From a virus, in IMG/VR virus record IMGVR_UViG_3300021446_000092, positions 1-51,500 of that record: DNA of 51,500 nt, one strand, 5' to 3'. The notes under the pieces are model-generated. The model had not been told where the DNA came from. It did not search any database and worked only from the letters and a program-made list of their open reading frames with translations. The translations under genes and the position numbers were made by a program. Positions 6,522 through 14,554 of this stretch are shown here, piece after piece; position 1 is the first letter of the stretch, and each line of letters opens with the position of its first letter.

Positions 6522-7305
6522 TACTATCAAGTACAACGTCCTGAAGGCGCTTGCGGCGGGGGACACCCCGATGACGTGCGAGGAGCTATGGGACGTGATG
6601 GACGAGAAGAACCGGCCTACCCCCCACACGGACGACAGTAAGACGTGGGGGAACCTGACCAGCCACACCGCAACGCTCTGGGGGGACCGCTACCTGGACC
6701 GCCGGAAGCGGGACGCAAAGAACAGGCCGATGGAGTACTGGCTGGCGGCGAAGGGCCGCGAGCTACTCCGGGAGAACGGCGACCTGCCCGCGGAGGAAGG
6801 CGGCGATGAGCCGGTCCCGGAGACGACGAACACGGATGACGGATCCGTCGAGCGGGCGGACCCGTCCGCTGTGAAGTCCGGCCTGGGCCTGGGCGACCCG
6901 GAGGTAGACAGCGAACGGGCGCTTACAGAGACGCTCGGCGGCATCGTATCCCGGCTCCGGGCCGCGGAGAACGCCGTTGATAATCTCCGTGAGAACGCCG
7001 TCACGGAGATGGAGATGAACGGGCGGACGCCGGACGACGTGGAGGACCTGACGGAGCGCGTGGAGACGCTCACGGCCCAGGTGAACGCGCTGGCGGAGCG
7101 CGTGGACGACGGCGGGGAGTACGCCGGACAGTTCGCGGAGCCTATCGACAGGCTCTCGGCGCTCGCAGATGACGGCTACGGACTCTACGAGTTCGAGTAC
7201 GACTACGGGTATGCCGGGAACGTCGTGAACCTCCGGGTGAAGGCGAAGCCCGCTGAGAAGTGCGATAAGGGACCCGCCCGGCGCTCGGACGGGGACACCA
7301 AATGA
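6511..7305 (+). CDS. Winged-helix-like DNA-binding protein with coiled-coil C-terminus
   Basis: N-terminus KYNVLKALAAGDTPMTCEELWDVM...YLDRRKR...EYWLAAKGRELL looks like a wHTH. 264 aa. Confidence 0.85.
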   Translation: MKTDTIKYNVLKALAAGDTPMTCEELWDVMDEKNRPTPHTDDSKTWGNLTSHTATLWGDRYLDRRKRDAKNRPMEYWLAAKGRELLRENGDLPAEEGGDEPVPETTNTDDGSVERADPSAVKSGLGLGDPEVDSERALTETLGGIVSRLRAAENAVDNLRENAVTEMEMNGRTPDDVEDLTERVETLTAQVNALAERVDDGGEYAGQFAEPIDRLSALADDGYGLYEFEYDYGYAGNVVNLRVKAKPAEKCDKGPARRSDGDTK

Positions 7306-7520
7306 GCGAAGACGTGTTCCACAACCAGCCGAAGGGGGGCCTGACCAGCCACCTGTTCCGCGGGGAGGACCTGCGGGCGGCGACGGTGGTCGAGGGCGTC
7401 ACGGACGAGCCGGTCGCGGCGGTCTGCGGGACCATCCGCGCCTACGGTCCGTTCGAGGAAGGCGTCCCGGAGGAAGCGTGTAACAACTGCAAGCGGAAGA
7501 TCCAGAACGATGACGACTGA
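7302..7520 (+). CDS. Hypothetical protein (72 aa)
   Basis: ATGA-coupled ORF with a C-terminal CNNC. Confidence 0.65.
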   Translation: MSEDVFHNQPKGGLTSHLFRGEDLRAATVVEGVTDEPVAAVCGTIRAYGPFEEGVPEEACNNCKRKIQNDDD

Positions 7521-7896
7521 AACCCAACCGACGGCGGACGAACAGACCGACGACAACTTCACCCCCGGCGATTTCGCGGAGGACAGCGAGGAGTCCGGGA
7601 CGATGGTCGTGATAGCGGACGCGGGCCGGGAAGCGCAAGACCACCTCGTGGTCGCCGCGGATGAGACGGTGGCTGAACTGAACCCGGACTACCCGGCGGA
7701 CGACAACGTGCTGTTCTGCGCCTACCGGAACGCGCTGGACTCCACGTTCGGTGAGTCGTGGCGGGAGTGGACGGCCGCGTTCCTCGCGTTCCAAGTCGGA
7801 GACCAAGGCGTACCCGTGTACTCGTTCCCTGAGAGCCGGCTGGCGGCGAAGGCGGACGAGTACACCGCGGACGACGGAGGTGAGGGAGATGCGTGA
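7510..7896 (+). CDS. Acidic hypothetical protein (128 aa)
   Basis: Acidic ORF that overlaps its neighbours by a few nt. Confidence 0.75.
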   Translation: MTTETQPTADEQTDDNFTPGDFAEDSEESGTMVVIADAGREAQDHLVVAADETVAELNPDYPADDNVLFCAYRNALDSTFGESWREWTAAFLAFQVGDQGVPVYSFPESRLAAKADEYTADDGGEGDA

Positions 7897-8194
7897 ACAC
7901 GGCCTGAAAGACCTGACGGCGTTCCAGCGGGACGCCCTCGCTGTCGTGGCGAAGGGCGGCGGCCTGTACGGGCTGGCGGTCAAGGAGCGGCTCGGGGAGG
8001 CGCGCGGCGAGGCCATCAACCACGGCCGGCTCTACCCGAACCTCGACTCGCTGGTCCACATGGGGCTGGTGGAAAAGTCGGAGCGGAACGGCCGGACGAA
8101 CGAGTACGCCGTGACGCCAGCGGGCCGGGACGCGGTTTCGGACTACGCTGAGTGGGTAGCTGAGGCGGACCAGGGGGGTGAGGCGGATGAGTAA
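7889..8194 (+). CDS. PadR-family winged-helix transcriptional regulator
   Basis: Internal ATG (MREHGLKDL). LTAFQRDALAVV...GLAVKERL...INHGRLYPNLDSLVHMGLVEKSERNGRTNEYAVTPAG is a typical PadR pattern. Confidence 0.85.
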   Translation: MREHGLKDLTAFQRDALAVVAKGGGLYGLAVKERLGEARGEAINHGRLYPNLDSLVHMGLVEKSERNGRTNEYAVTPAGRDAVSDYAEWVAEADQGGEADE

Positions 8195-9125
8195 CATCGC
8201 GTGGGATAACATCGCGTGGGGGCGTGTCGCCGCGCTGGCGATGATCCCCATCGTGCTGTTCTCCAGCATCGGGCTGGTGTTTGCCTACCACCAGGTCCCT
8301 GAGGGCCACGTCGGCGTGGAGACCGAGTGGGGAGCCGTCACCGGGAACGTCGATGACCCGGGCGCGGAGTGGAAGGTCCCGTTCATGCAGGGGATTCAGG
8401 ACGTGGAGACGCGACCGCGGACGTACACGATGTCGCAAACCACCGGGGAAGGCGACAAATCCCGGGCGGACGCCATCTCGGTCAAGACGGTCAACGGGAC
8501 GACCGTCAAGGTTGACGTGACCATCCGTTACCGGATCAACGACAGCGAGGCGGATGAGTTCGTTGAGGACTGGAACAACGAGCGGCAGATGGAAAAGCGG
8601 CTTATCCGGCCGACCATCCGCTCCGAGCTACGCGACGAAGCGAGCGACATCCAGACGACCGGCGGGAGCGGTATCTACACCCGGCAGGGCCGGGAGGCGC
8701 TGGCGACTACGGCCCGGACCGCGCTGGAGAGCGAGTTTGCGGATGAGCCAATCGTGCTGGAGCAGGTCCAGATCCGGAACATCGACCTTCCGGACCAAAT
8801 CGACGCCACGCTGGACGAAAAGGAACAGGCGAAACAGCAGGTCGAAGTGGAGCAAGAGCGGATCCGGCAGGAGGAAGCCCGCGCAGAGCAGGCACGGGTC
8901 GAGGCCCAGGGTGAAGCGGACGTTATCGCAACCCGCGGCGAGGCCCTGAGCGAGAACCGCATCGTCCTGAAGGCCCGGCAGATAGAGGCGTACGACTCCG
9001 GGACCGTGTTCGTCACCGAAGGCGGACAGGAGATAATCCTTGACGGCTCCGGCGCGGCTGAGGGCAACACGGACGGGAACGAGACGAACAGCACGGTCCC
9101 CGCGTCCCCGGGGGCGGGAGCATGA
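8187..9125 (+). CDS. SPFH/band-7 (prohibitin/stomatin-like) membrane protein
   Basis: N-terminal TM segment, then VPEGHVGVETEWGAV...ISVKTVNGTTVKVDVTIRYRI...IRNIDLPDQI, followed by a charged coiled coil. Confidence 0.9.
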   Translation: MSNIAWDNIAWGRVAALAMIPIVLFSSIGLVFAYHQVPEGHVGVETEWGAVTGNVDDPGAEWKVPFMQGIQDVETRPRTYTMSQTTGEGDKSRADAISVKTVNGTTVKVDVTIRYRINDSEADEFVEDWNNERQMEKRLIRPTIRSELRDEASDIQTTGGSGIYTRQGREALATTARTALESEFADEPIVLEQVQIRNIDLPDQIDATLDEKEQAKQQVEVEQERIRQEEARAEQARVEAQGEADVIATRGEALSENRIVLKARQIEAYDSGTVFVTEGGQEIILDGSGAAEGNTDGNETNSTVPASPGAGA

Positions 9126-9418
9126 CGGACGGGAGCGACGACGACGGCATCTCCCGCCGGAAGCTCCTCGCCGCCAGCGGGACCGCGGTCGGCGTAGCCG
9201 CCCTCGCCGGGTGTACGGCCGGCGACCAAGCGCAGGAGTACGCCGGGACCGTCTCCGAAGCGGCCGGCATAGAGCCGCCGCAACCGCCGCAGGGAACGCC
9301 GGAGAACGAATACTGGCGCTTCGTAGTGGCGTCGATGGAGTACCAGAACCAGCAGGCCCGCGCACAGAGCCAGGGCATCGCGGCGCTGGTCGATAACGAG
9401 GGGCTGACGGAGGGGTGA
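9122..9418 (+). CDS. Tat-signal lipoprotein (98 aa)
   Basis: SRRKLL twin-arginine motif followed by the lipobox LAGC. ATGA-coupled to the SPFH gene. Confidence 0.75.
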   Translation: MTDGSDDDGISRRKLLAASGTAVGVAALAGCTAGDQAQEYAGTVSEAAGIEPPQPPQGTPENEYWRFVVASMEYQNQQARAQSQGIAALVDNEGLTEG

Positions 9419-9606
9419 CTGTGGCGGCGAAAATCGTGTTCATCGCCACCGCGCTCATCATCGCCGTCGGCGGCTCTACGTGGGCGCTCGCCTGGGCCTA
9501 CCGGAAGCACGTCGAGGCGAGCGCGGAGACGAGGAAAGCCCGCTACGAGCGCGACGAAGCGATGGTCGGAGAAGCCGAACGGGAGGTGAAGAAACGGGAG
9601 CGGTAG
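9415..9606 (+). CDS. Small single-pass membrane protein (63 aa)
   Basis: GTG start overlapping the previous stop (GTGA). Hydrophobic N-terminus and charged C-terminus. Confidence 0.6.
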   Translation: MTVAAKIVFIATALIIAVGGSTWALAWAYRKHVEASAETRKARYERDEAMVGEAEREVKKRER

Positions 9607-9618
9607 CCGCGGGGGACT

Positions 9619-9685
9619 CTCCCCCGTCGCCCCAGACTCGCGGAGGGGCCTGATGAGCCGGGTGAGGTCCGGCGAAACGGAGGAC
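9619..9685 (+). ncRNA. Candidate type III hammerhead ribozyme
   Basis: Stem III 9620-9627 / 9677-9684. GUC cleavage triplet 9626-9628. Stem I GCCCC(9629-9633)/GGGGC(9645-9649). CUGAUGA 9650-9656. Stem II GCCGG(9657-9661)/CCGGC(9669-9673). GAAA 9674-9677. Confidence 0.7.
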
Positions 9686-9695
9686 GACACCAACT

Positions 9696-10070
9696 ATGAG
9701 TCACGACACCGAAGACGGAAACGCTGGACGGAGCGATGAACCGAAGCCGGTCCTGTGGGTGAGTCTCACGTCGGCGGGACGGGCGGAGACGACCGCCGCG
9801 GACCTAACGGAAGCTGGCGACCGCGTGAAGGAAGCGGTCGGGGACGACTACGAGGTAATCGTGGCGGACGACCGTGTCCGCCTCGCCACGGTTGAGGACC
9901 TGCAAGACCTACGCGACTCCATCGACGCCCTGCTCCCGTCGGATCTGGAGACGGAGGCGGAGCGGCAGGAACGCCAGCGGGAGGAAATGGGTCTGTCCGC
10001 GGGCGACGTTATGGGCGGGAACACCGACGCGCCGGGCGTGCAGGAGCCGGAGGGCGAGGATGAAGCGTGA
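9696..10070 (+). CDS. Acidic hypothetical protein (124 aa)
   Basis: Acidic ORF, the first gene after the ribozyme-like spacer. Confidence 0.8.
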   Translation: MSHDTEDGNAGRSDEPKPVLWVSLTSAGRAETTAADLTEAGDRVKEAVGDDYEVIVADDRVRLATVEDLQDLRDSIDALLPSDLETEAERQERQREEMGLSAGDVMGGNTDAPGVQEPEGEDEA

Positions 10071-10399
10071 AGCACTACGACGACTACCGCTCGCTTGCGA
10101 TGGTCGTTGGCGCGCTCCAGAGCGGGGGGTTCGTCCGGACGGACGTGAAGCCCGACGACGACGGCCCGCCGTGGATGGGGCGGCCGCTATTCCTCCACGG
10201 CGGGGACGTATGGTGCGACGAGTGCCGGGAGCTAATCGACCCCGACGACTGGTACGGGGAGGCGTGGCCGAACGTCCTCGCGCGGCAAAAGCTCAAGTAC
10301 AGCGGGACGTGGTGCGGCGACTGCTTCGCGGAGGTAGACCCGGGCCGGTCCGCGGAGGGGACCGATGAGCCGGAGCGACCCGGACGGACCTTCGACTGA
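10067..10399 (+). CDS. Cys-rich hypothetical protein (110 aa)
   Basis: ATGA-coupled. WCDECRE...WCGDCF suggests zinc binding. Confidence 0.75.
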   Translation: MKHYDDYRSLAMVVGALQSGGFVRTDVKPDDDGPPWMGRPLFLHGGDVWCDECRELIDPDDWYGEAWPNVLARQKLKYSGTWCGDCFAEVDPGRSAEGTDEPERPGRTFD

Positions 10400-10598
10400 C
10401 GCCGAGACGGAGATGCCAAAGGGGATCCCGTTCACGACGGAGCGCGCCAAGAAGGCGGTGGACGGCGCGTGGCGGGCCAAGCGGGAGGAAGTCCTGAAGG
10501 AACACGGCCTGTGGTCCGGCTGGCGGTGCGTCCCGCCAAAGAAGGACCGCAAGAAGCCGCTGGAGGCGTACCTGCCCGGAGGCGAGGAGTATGAGTGA
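10365..10598 (+). CDS. Hypothetical protein (77 aa; alternative start at 10413)
   Basis: The ORF overlaps the previous gene by 35 nt. The ATG at 10413 (MPKGIPF) behind GGAG avoids the overlap. Confidence 0.6.
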   Translation: MSRSDPDGPSTDAETEMPKGIPFTTERAKKAVDGAWRAKREEVLKEHGLWSGWRCVPPKKDRKKPLEAYLPGGEEYE

Positions 10599-11361
10599 CG
10601 CCGCCGCCGTTCTGGAAGCCGTCGCGTGGGTCGCCACCGGCTACGTCCTGTCTTCCACGCTGGCGCGCATGGCGTTCTCCCGCCCGGCGCTCCCGCCGTA
10701 CAAGCCGCCGGAGATGGTCGCCGAGCTATGGCGGGTCGGCGCGGCGCTCCATATCTACCCGGATCCGGCGCTCCCGTGCGGGTGCCCGGCGTCGTGGCAG
10801 GACGTGTCAATCGTGTCCGACCGGGACCCAGACGGAACGGTGTACAGCACGATAGGCGCGTTCTCCAACGCGGACCGCGAATACAATCAGGTCCGGACCG
10901 TGGCGGAGGAAGGCGGCGGACTGAAAATCAGGGAAGTGGGAGAACAGACACACAGTTGCCGGATCTGCGGCGGGCGGTGGGTTGAACCGGCGGAGCGCCC
11001 CGACTCCCTCCGCCCCGGACGCCCCGTAGAGCCGGTTGCGGTCCCGAAGCCTACCCCAAGCGAGAAAATGAGAGCCTTACCGGCGGACTGGACGCGGCTG
11101 GACCGTGTACTGAATGAGGAGGCAGGCCAAGTGTCGGAGTACGTCCGCGACGACACCTGGGAGGCGTTCATCGAGGTGTTCGACGCCTCGGACCCGAACA
11201 ACGAGTACCAGCCGGAGCTTGGCCCGGTCTGTGCGGTTCTTCTCACCGGAGATCCGGATAGCGGTGTCTGGGAACGGGACACGGAGTACGGGGACAGCCG
11301 TACTGAGGCGGCAAAACGACTAATGCGGAGGTACAACGATGGAGCGTATGGCACGCAATGA
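10591..11361 (+). CDS. Hypothetical protein (256 aa)
   Basis: Long ORF with a hydrophobic N-terminus, an internal CRICGG and an acidic C-terminal half. Confidence 0.8.
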   Translation: MSDAAAVLEAVAWVATGYVLSSTLARMAFSRPALPPYKPPEMVAELWRVGAALHIYPDPALPCGCPASWQDVSIVSDRDPDGTVYSTIGAFSNADREYNQVRTVAEEGGGLKIREVGEQTHSCRICGGRWVEPAERPDSLRPGRPVEPVAVPKPTPSEKMRALPADWTRLDRVLNEEAGQVSEYVRDDTWEAFIEVFDASDPNNEYQPELGPVCAVLLTGDPDSGVWERDTEYGDSRTEAAKRLMRRYNDGAYGTQ

Positions 11362-11494
11362 CAGACACAAGTGCCCGAAGGACGGGTGCGGCGGAACGCT
11401 CCAGCACACGGGCGAGAAGCGAGAGCTATACGGCGGCCACCACGTCTCCGTCATGGAGTGCGGCCTGTGTGGAACGGAGGTGGAACGCGGATGA
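11348..11494 (+). CDS. Zinc-ribbon protein (48 aa)
   Basis: MARNDRHKCPKDGCGG...MECGLCGTEVERG. Lies in the third frame, missed by the track. TGATG junction to the next ORF. Confidence 0.5.
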   Translation: MARNDRHKCPKDGCGGTLQHTGEKRELYGGHHVSVMECGLCGTEVERG

Positions 11495-11673
11495 GCAGAT
11501 GGGTGCTTTCCCGCCGGGCGAACGCGATGGCGACCGGGTGGCTCATCTACTCCGCCCTCGCCTACGGGTGGGCGCGCGACCACGTCCCGCTCCCGCTCCT
11601 GCTTACGGCGGGCGTCGTCCTGTTCACCGCGGAGACGCACCGCTACATGACGGGAGGGTACGACGGTGAGTAG
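11491..11673 (+). CDS. Small membrane protein (60 aa)
   Basis: MSRWVLSRRANAMATGWLIYSALAYGW...LLLTAGVVLF; two hydrophobic segments. Confidence 0.55.
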   Translation: MSRWVLSRRANAMATGWLIYSALAYGWARDHVPLPLLLTAGVVLFTAETHRYMTGGYDGE

Positions 11674-11699
11674 CCGCGTGCTGGCCGTGGGGCAGAGCG

Positions 11700-12149
11700 G
11701 TGACTGACCTGTCGGACTTCAACGGCGGGATCCAGCCGCCGGACCCGCCGCAGATCAAGATGGTCAAGAAGGTCCCGCTGGCGTTCGGCGAGAACCGTAA
11801 GACAGCGGGCTGGATAGGCCCCGTTCCGGAGCGGAAGGCGCTCGGCTTCGTCACAAAGCGGGACTCGCAGGAACACCGGATCCGCGCGCTCAACGCCTAC
11901 AGCATCTCGGAGAAGGTGTTAAAGCGGCTGACCGCACAGGACGTGCAGGTCGTTCTCATCCACGAGAAGGACCGCGACCGCGTGCTGGAGTACACGCTTC
12001 AGCAGTTCCGGGACGCCGATAACGTCCCGGAAAAGTACCTGATGCGGCCGGACGACCCGCAACGCTTCGTCCGGCTCCGCGGGGCCGATAGCTGGCATCA
12101 CGCCGATACGCTCTACATCCCGCGCGACGAACCTATCGAGTATGGGTGA
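11700..12149 (+). CDS. Hypothetical protein (149 aa)
   Basis: GTG start with coding-like composition. Confidence 0.8.
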   Translation: MTDLSDFNGGIQPPDPPQIKMVKKVPLAFGENRKTAGWIGPVPERKALGFVTKRDSQEHRIRALNAYSISEKVLKRLTAQDVQVVLIHEKDRDRVLEYTLQQFRDADNVPEKYLMRPDDPQRFVRLRGADSWHHADTLYIPRDEPIEYG

Positions 12150-12807
12150 GACTGTCATCGAGGCGTTTGAGCGGCTGGCGCGCGAAATCCTCGACGCGCC
12201 GGAGGTGACGCCGGATCTCTCCCCGGTGAGTACCACCGTCTACGTCAAACACCACGGCGGTAAGGGGAAGCTCCGCGAACTGGAGAAGGCCCACTTGGAC
12301 GCGGAGATGGTCGGCTTCCCCGCGTCGGACAAGCTCATCGACATAGAGGTGTCGGAGGTAGAGTACGTCATCTCGGGCGACCCGCACGACCCGTACGAAC
12401 CGCCGCCATCTACGCCGGCCAGCGGCGGCTCAGGCGGCTCCGGCGGATCCGGGGGCGTTCCGTCCGACCCGCCCGCGGAGGACAGCGAGGAGCGCGAGAC
12501 GGCCGCGGAGGGTCCGGCACGCCCAGACCCGACGCTCTATGAGCGGTGGGAGCAGGCCGACGACAAGATTCACGTCGCCGCCGGATCATGGCTTGGAGAC
12601 GCAGACCACCGGCAGGACTACGAGGACGGGACCGAGAAGTACGTCCACGCCGAGGGGCCGGAGCCGACCGGGCCGCCTGACGGCCGGATAGATGACGGGT
12701 GGGAGTCCCTCACCGACTTTGCGGAGGACTCAAAGACCTGCCCCGCCTGCTCAGAAGCGATAGCCGACTACTACAACCTGCCGGAATGGAAGGTAAAAAA
12801 TGGGTAA
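12142..12807 (+). CDS. Hypothetical protein with GS-rich linker and C-terminal CPxC family motif
   Basis: C-terminus GWESLTDFAEDSKTCPACSEAIADYYNLPEW matches the motif of the paralogues at 374-1930. Confidence 0.85.
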   Translation: MGETVIEAFERLAREILDAPEVTPDLSPVSTTVYVKHHGGKGKLRELEKAHLDAEMVGFPASDKLIDIEVSEVEYVISGDPHDPYEPPPSTPASGGSGGSGGSGGVPSDPPAEDSEERETAAEGPARPDPTLYERWEQADDKIHVAAGSWLGDADHRQDYEDGTEKYVHAEGPEPTGPPDGRIDDGWESLTDFAEDSKTCPACSEAIADYYNLPEWKVKNG

Positions 12808-13204
12808 AGGAAGCGACGGCGAACGAGAGGTGGTGAATCGACTGGAAGATGCGATGGGCTGGCGCGCGCTCCGCGCGCCGGGGAGCGGCGGCGGGACTGA
12901 CCGGGAGCGGCCGGACGTGCTGGCCGGGCGGGACGGCCGCGTAGTGATGTTTGAAGTCAAGACGAGTAGCGGGAAGCCGGTGTACGTCGGGAAGGATGAG
13001 GCGGAGGCGCTCATCCAGTACGCCGCGGACTTCGGCGCGGCGGCGTACATCGCCGTCCGCTGGAAGTCCGTGAACATCCGGGATACTACGGTCTACGTTG
13101 CGAACCCGTTCGATATGCACGAGACAGAGCAGAACTACCGGGCGAAGTACGAGGACTGTACGGAGAAGAACGCCTGGACGACGCTTGCGGATCTCTGTGG
13201 CTAA
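12800..13204 (+). CDS. hjc: Archaeal Holliday-junction resolvase (Hjc-like)
   Basis: GSDGEREVVNRLED.GW.ALRAPGSGGGT...PDVLAGR....VMFEVKTSS......V...EAEALIQYAADFGAAAYIAVRW follows the Hjc/PD-(D/E)xK pattern. Confidence 0.85.
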   Translation: MGKGSDGEREVVNRLEDAMGWRALRAPGSGGGTDRERPDVLAGRDGRVVMFEVKTSSGKPVYVGKDEAEALIQYAADFGAAAYIAVRWKSVNIRDTTVYVANPFDMHETEQNYRAKYEDCTEKNAWTTLADLCG

Positions 13205-13665
13205 GGACCGTCGCCCCCCTCGTCGCTGTCAGCCTCATCCTCCCCCTCAGTTCCGTCGCTTAGAGATCCGGGATCTTCCGGTTCTGGACGCCCGCCGTCC
13301 GGGAAGTGGTCTGTCCCACGGAGGAACCCGCGGCCAGACGGCGGCGGTACGTCATCGACTCCGGAGGTATCCAGTTCGTCGTCTACGGAGTGAATGAGGA
13401 GATTGATTTTCTTGTCCACGGAGTAGAGTTGCTCATGCGTCTGTTCTGCGTGGGTATCGACCTTGTTCTCTAACTGGTCGAACCGTTGCTCCGTTTCAGA
13501 CAGAAACCCGTCGTAGGTGTCGTCGCCGTCCTTCCCGAGCAGGCGGAGTTTGAGCGCCCGCGCTACGTCGTAGTTCCACTTTATCAGCGCGCCGTAGGCC
13601 CCGAGTACGGCGATAAGCACAGTCACCGACAGCGCCAGCGCCTCCCACGTCTGGACTTCTACCAT
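13201..13665 (-). CDS. N-terminally membrane-anchored coiled-coil protein (154 aa)
   Basis: One TM segment (LALSVTVLIAVLGAYGALI), then a coiled-coil region and an acidic tail. Its stop overlaps the Hjc stop convergently. Confidence 0.8.
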   Translation of the reverse strand: MVEVQTWEALALSVTVLIAVLGAYGALIKWNYDVARALKLRLLGKDGDDTYDGFLSETEQRFDQLENKVDTHAEQTHEQLYSVDKKINLLIHSVDDELDTSGVDDVPPPSGRGFLRGTDHFPDGGRPEPEDPGSLSDGTEGEDEADSDEGGDGP

Positions 13666-13780
13666 CTTGTCTACTAACCACTCGCCCCGGGGACATAAAC
13701 CTCGTCACTCCTCACGCCGGATCTGGAATTAAGCGAAACCTACCCGGAGACGGGTGAGAGAGTATTCTACGGGAGAGTGA

Positions 13781-14554
13781 TTAGTCAAGTATAGAGATAT
13801 GGTCCACGTAGGTAGCCGCGTCTCCGTACCCGAAATAACTGGATACGGACCCGCCAATCCCCCCGGTCGTAGGAAGCCCATCTAACTCTAAAGATCCCGC
13901 CGCCTCGTCTACCTTTGTCCCACCGTCGTAAACTCTCACAGTTATATCCACTCCGGATCCGCCCACGTCTACAGGCGTCCCCGACTCCCGGAAAAAACCG
14001 GGTCCTGCGCCCGTGTTCCGAACAGGATCACCCCCCGCGTAAACGTAACTGTGGTCTCCGTGAGAACCAACTACGGCAGTTTCACCTGACACATTTAAGA
14101 ACCCGGACCTGCTCCCGGCGTAAGTCCAGTCTATCTCAAAGCGTAGGTAGCCCTCGGATATGGATTTAAAATAGGAGGCGTTAGTAGCGAGTATGACCTC
14201 TTTTCCGCCGTCTCCGTCTGCGTAAAATACCTGTAGTTCGTTATCGTCACCGTCTAATTTCAGTACGTAGCGTTCCGGGTCTACCGTTTCGCTTTGGACG
14301 GCAAACCAAAAAAAACCGTTGTTATCGGAGGGGTCGTCTAGAGAGAGATAGACCTCGAACGTGTCCCCCGCCTGTGGATACGCTGGTAGCCCCTCTGTCG
14401 AGACGACATACTCTGACTGGGTAGTAGTGTCTACGTTTAGAATTTCGAGGGCGTGGTCTCCGACGGCCGCGGTCGAAACTATGTCTCCCTCTCCCTGTCC
14501 ACTCTCTGAATACTCCGAAAGGTCCGCGTCCTCGTAGTCGTCTACAATTGTCAT
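13781..14554 (-). CDS. Putative receptor-binding/adhesin protein (lectin-like beta-sandwich?), low-GC gene
   Basis: 257 aa. The N-terminus (DDYEDADLSEYS...GLPAYPQAGDTFEVY) is paralogous to the N-terminus of 34541..36379. Lies immediately downstream of the tail-fibre gene. Confidence 0.85.
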   Translation of the reverse strand: MTIVDDYEDADLSEYSESGQGEGDIVSTAAVGDHALEILNVDTTTQSEYVVSTEGLPAYPQAGDTFEVYLSLDDPSDNNGFFWFAVQSETVDPERYVLKLDGDDNELQVFYADGDGGKEVILATNASYFKSISEGYLRFEIDWTYAGSRSGFLNVSGETAVVGSHGDHSYVYAGGDPVRNTGAGPGFFRESGTPVDVGGSGVDITVRVYDGGTKVDEAAGSLELDGLPTTGGIGGSVSSYFGYGDAATYVDHISILD

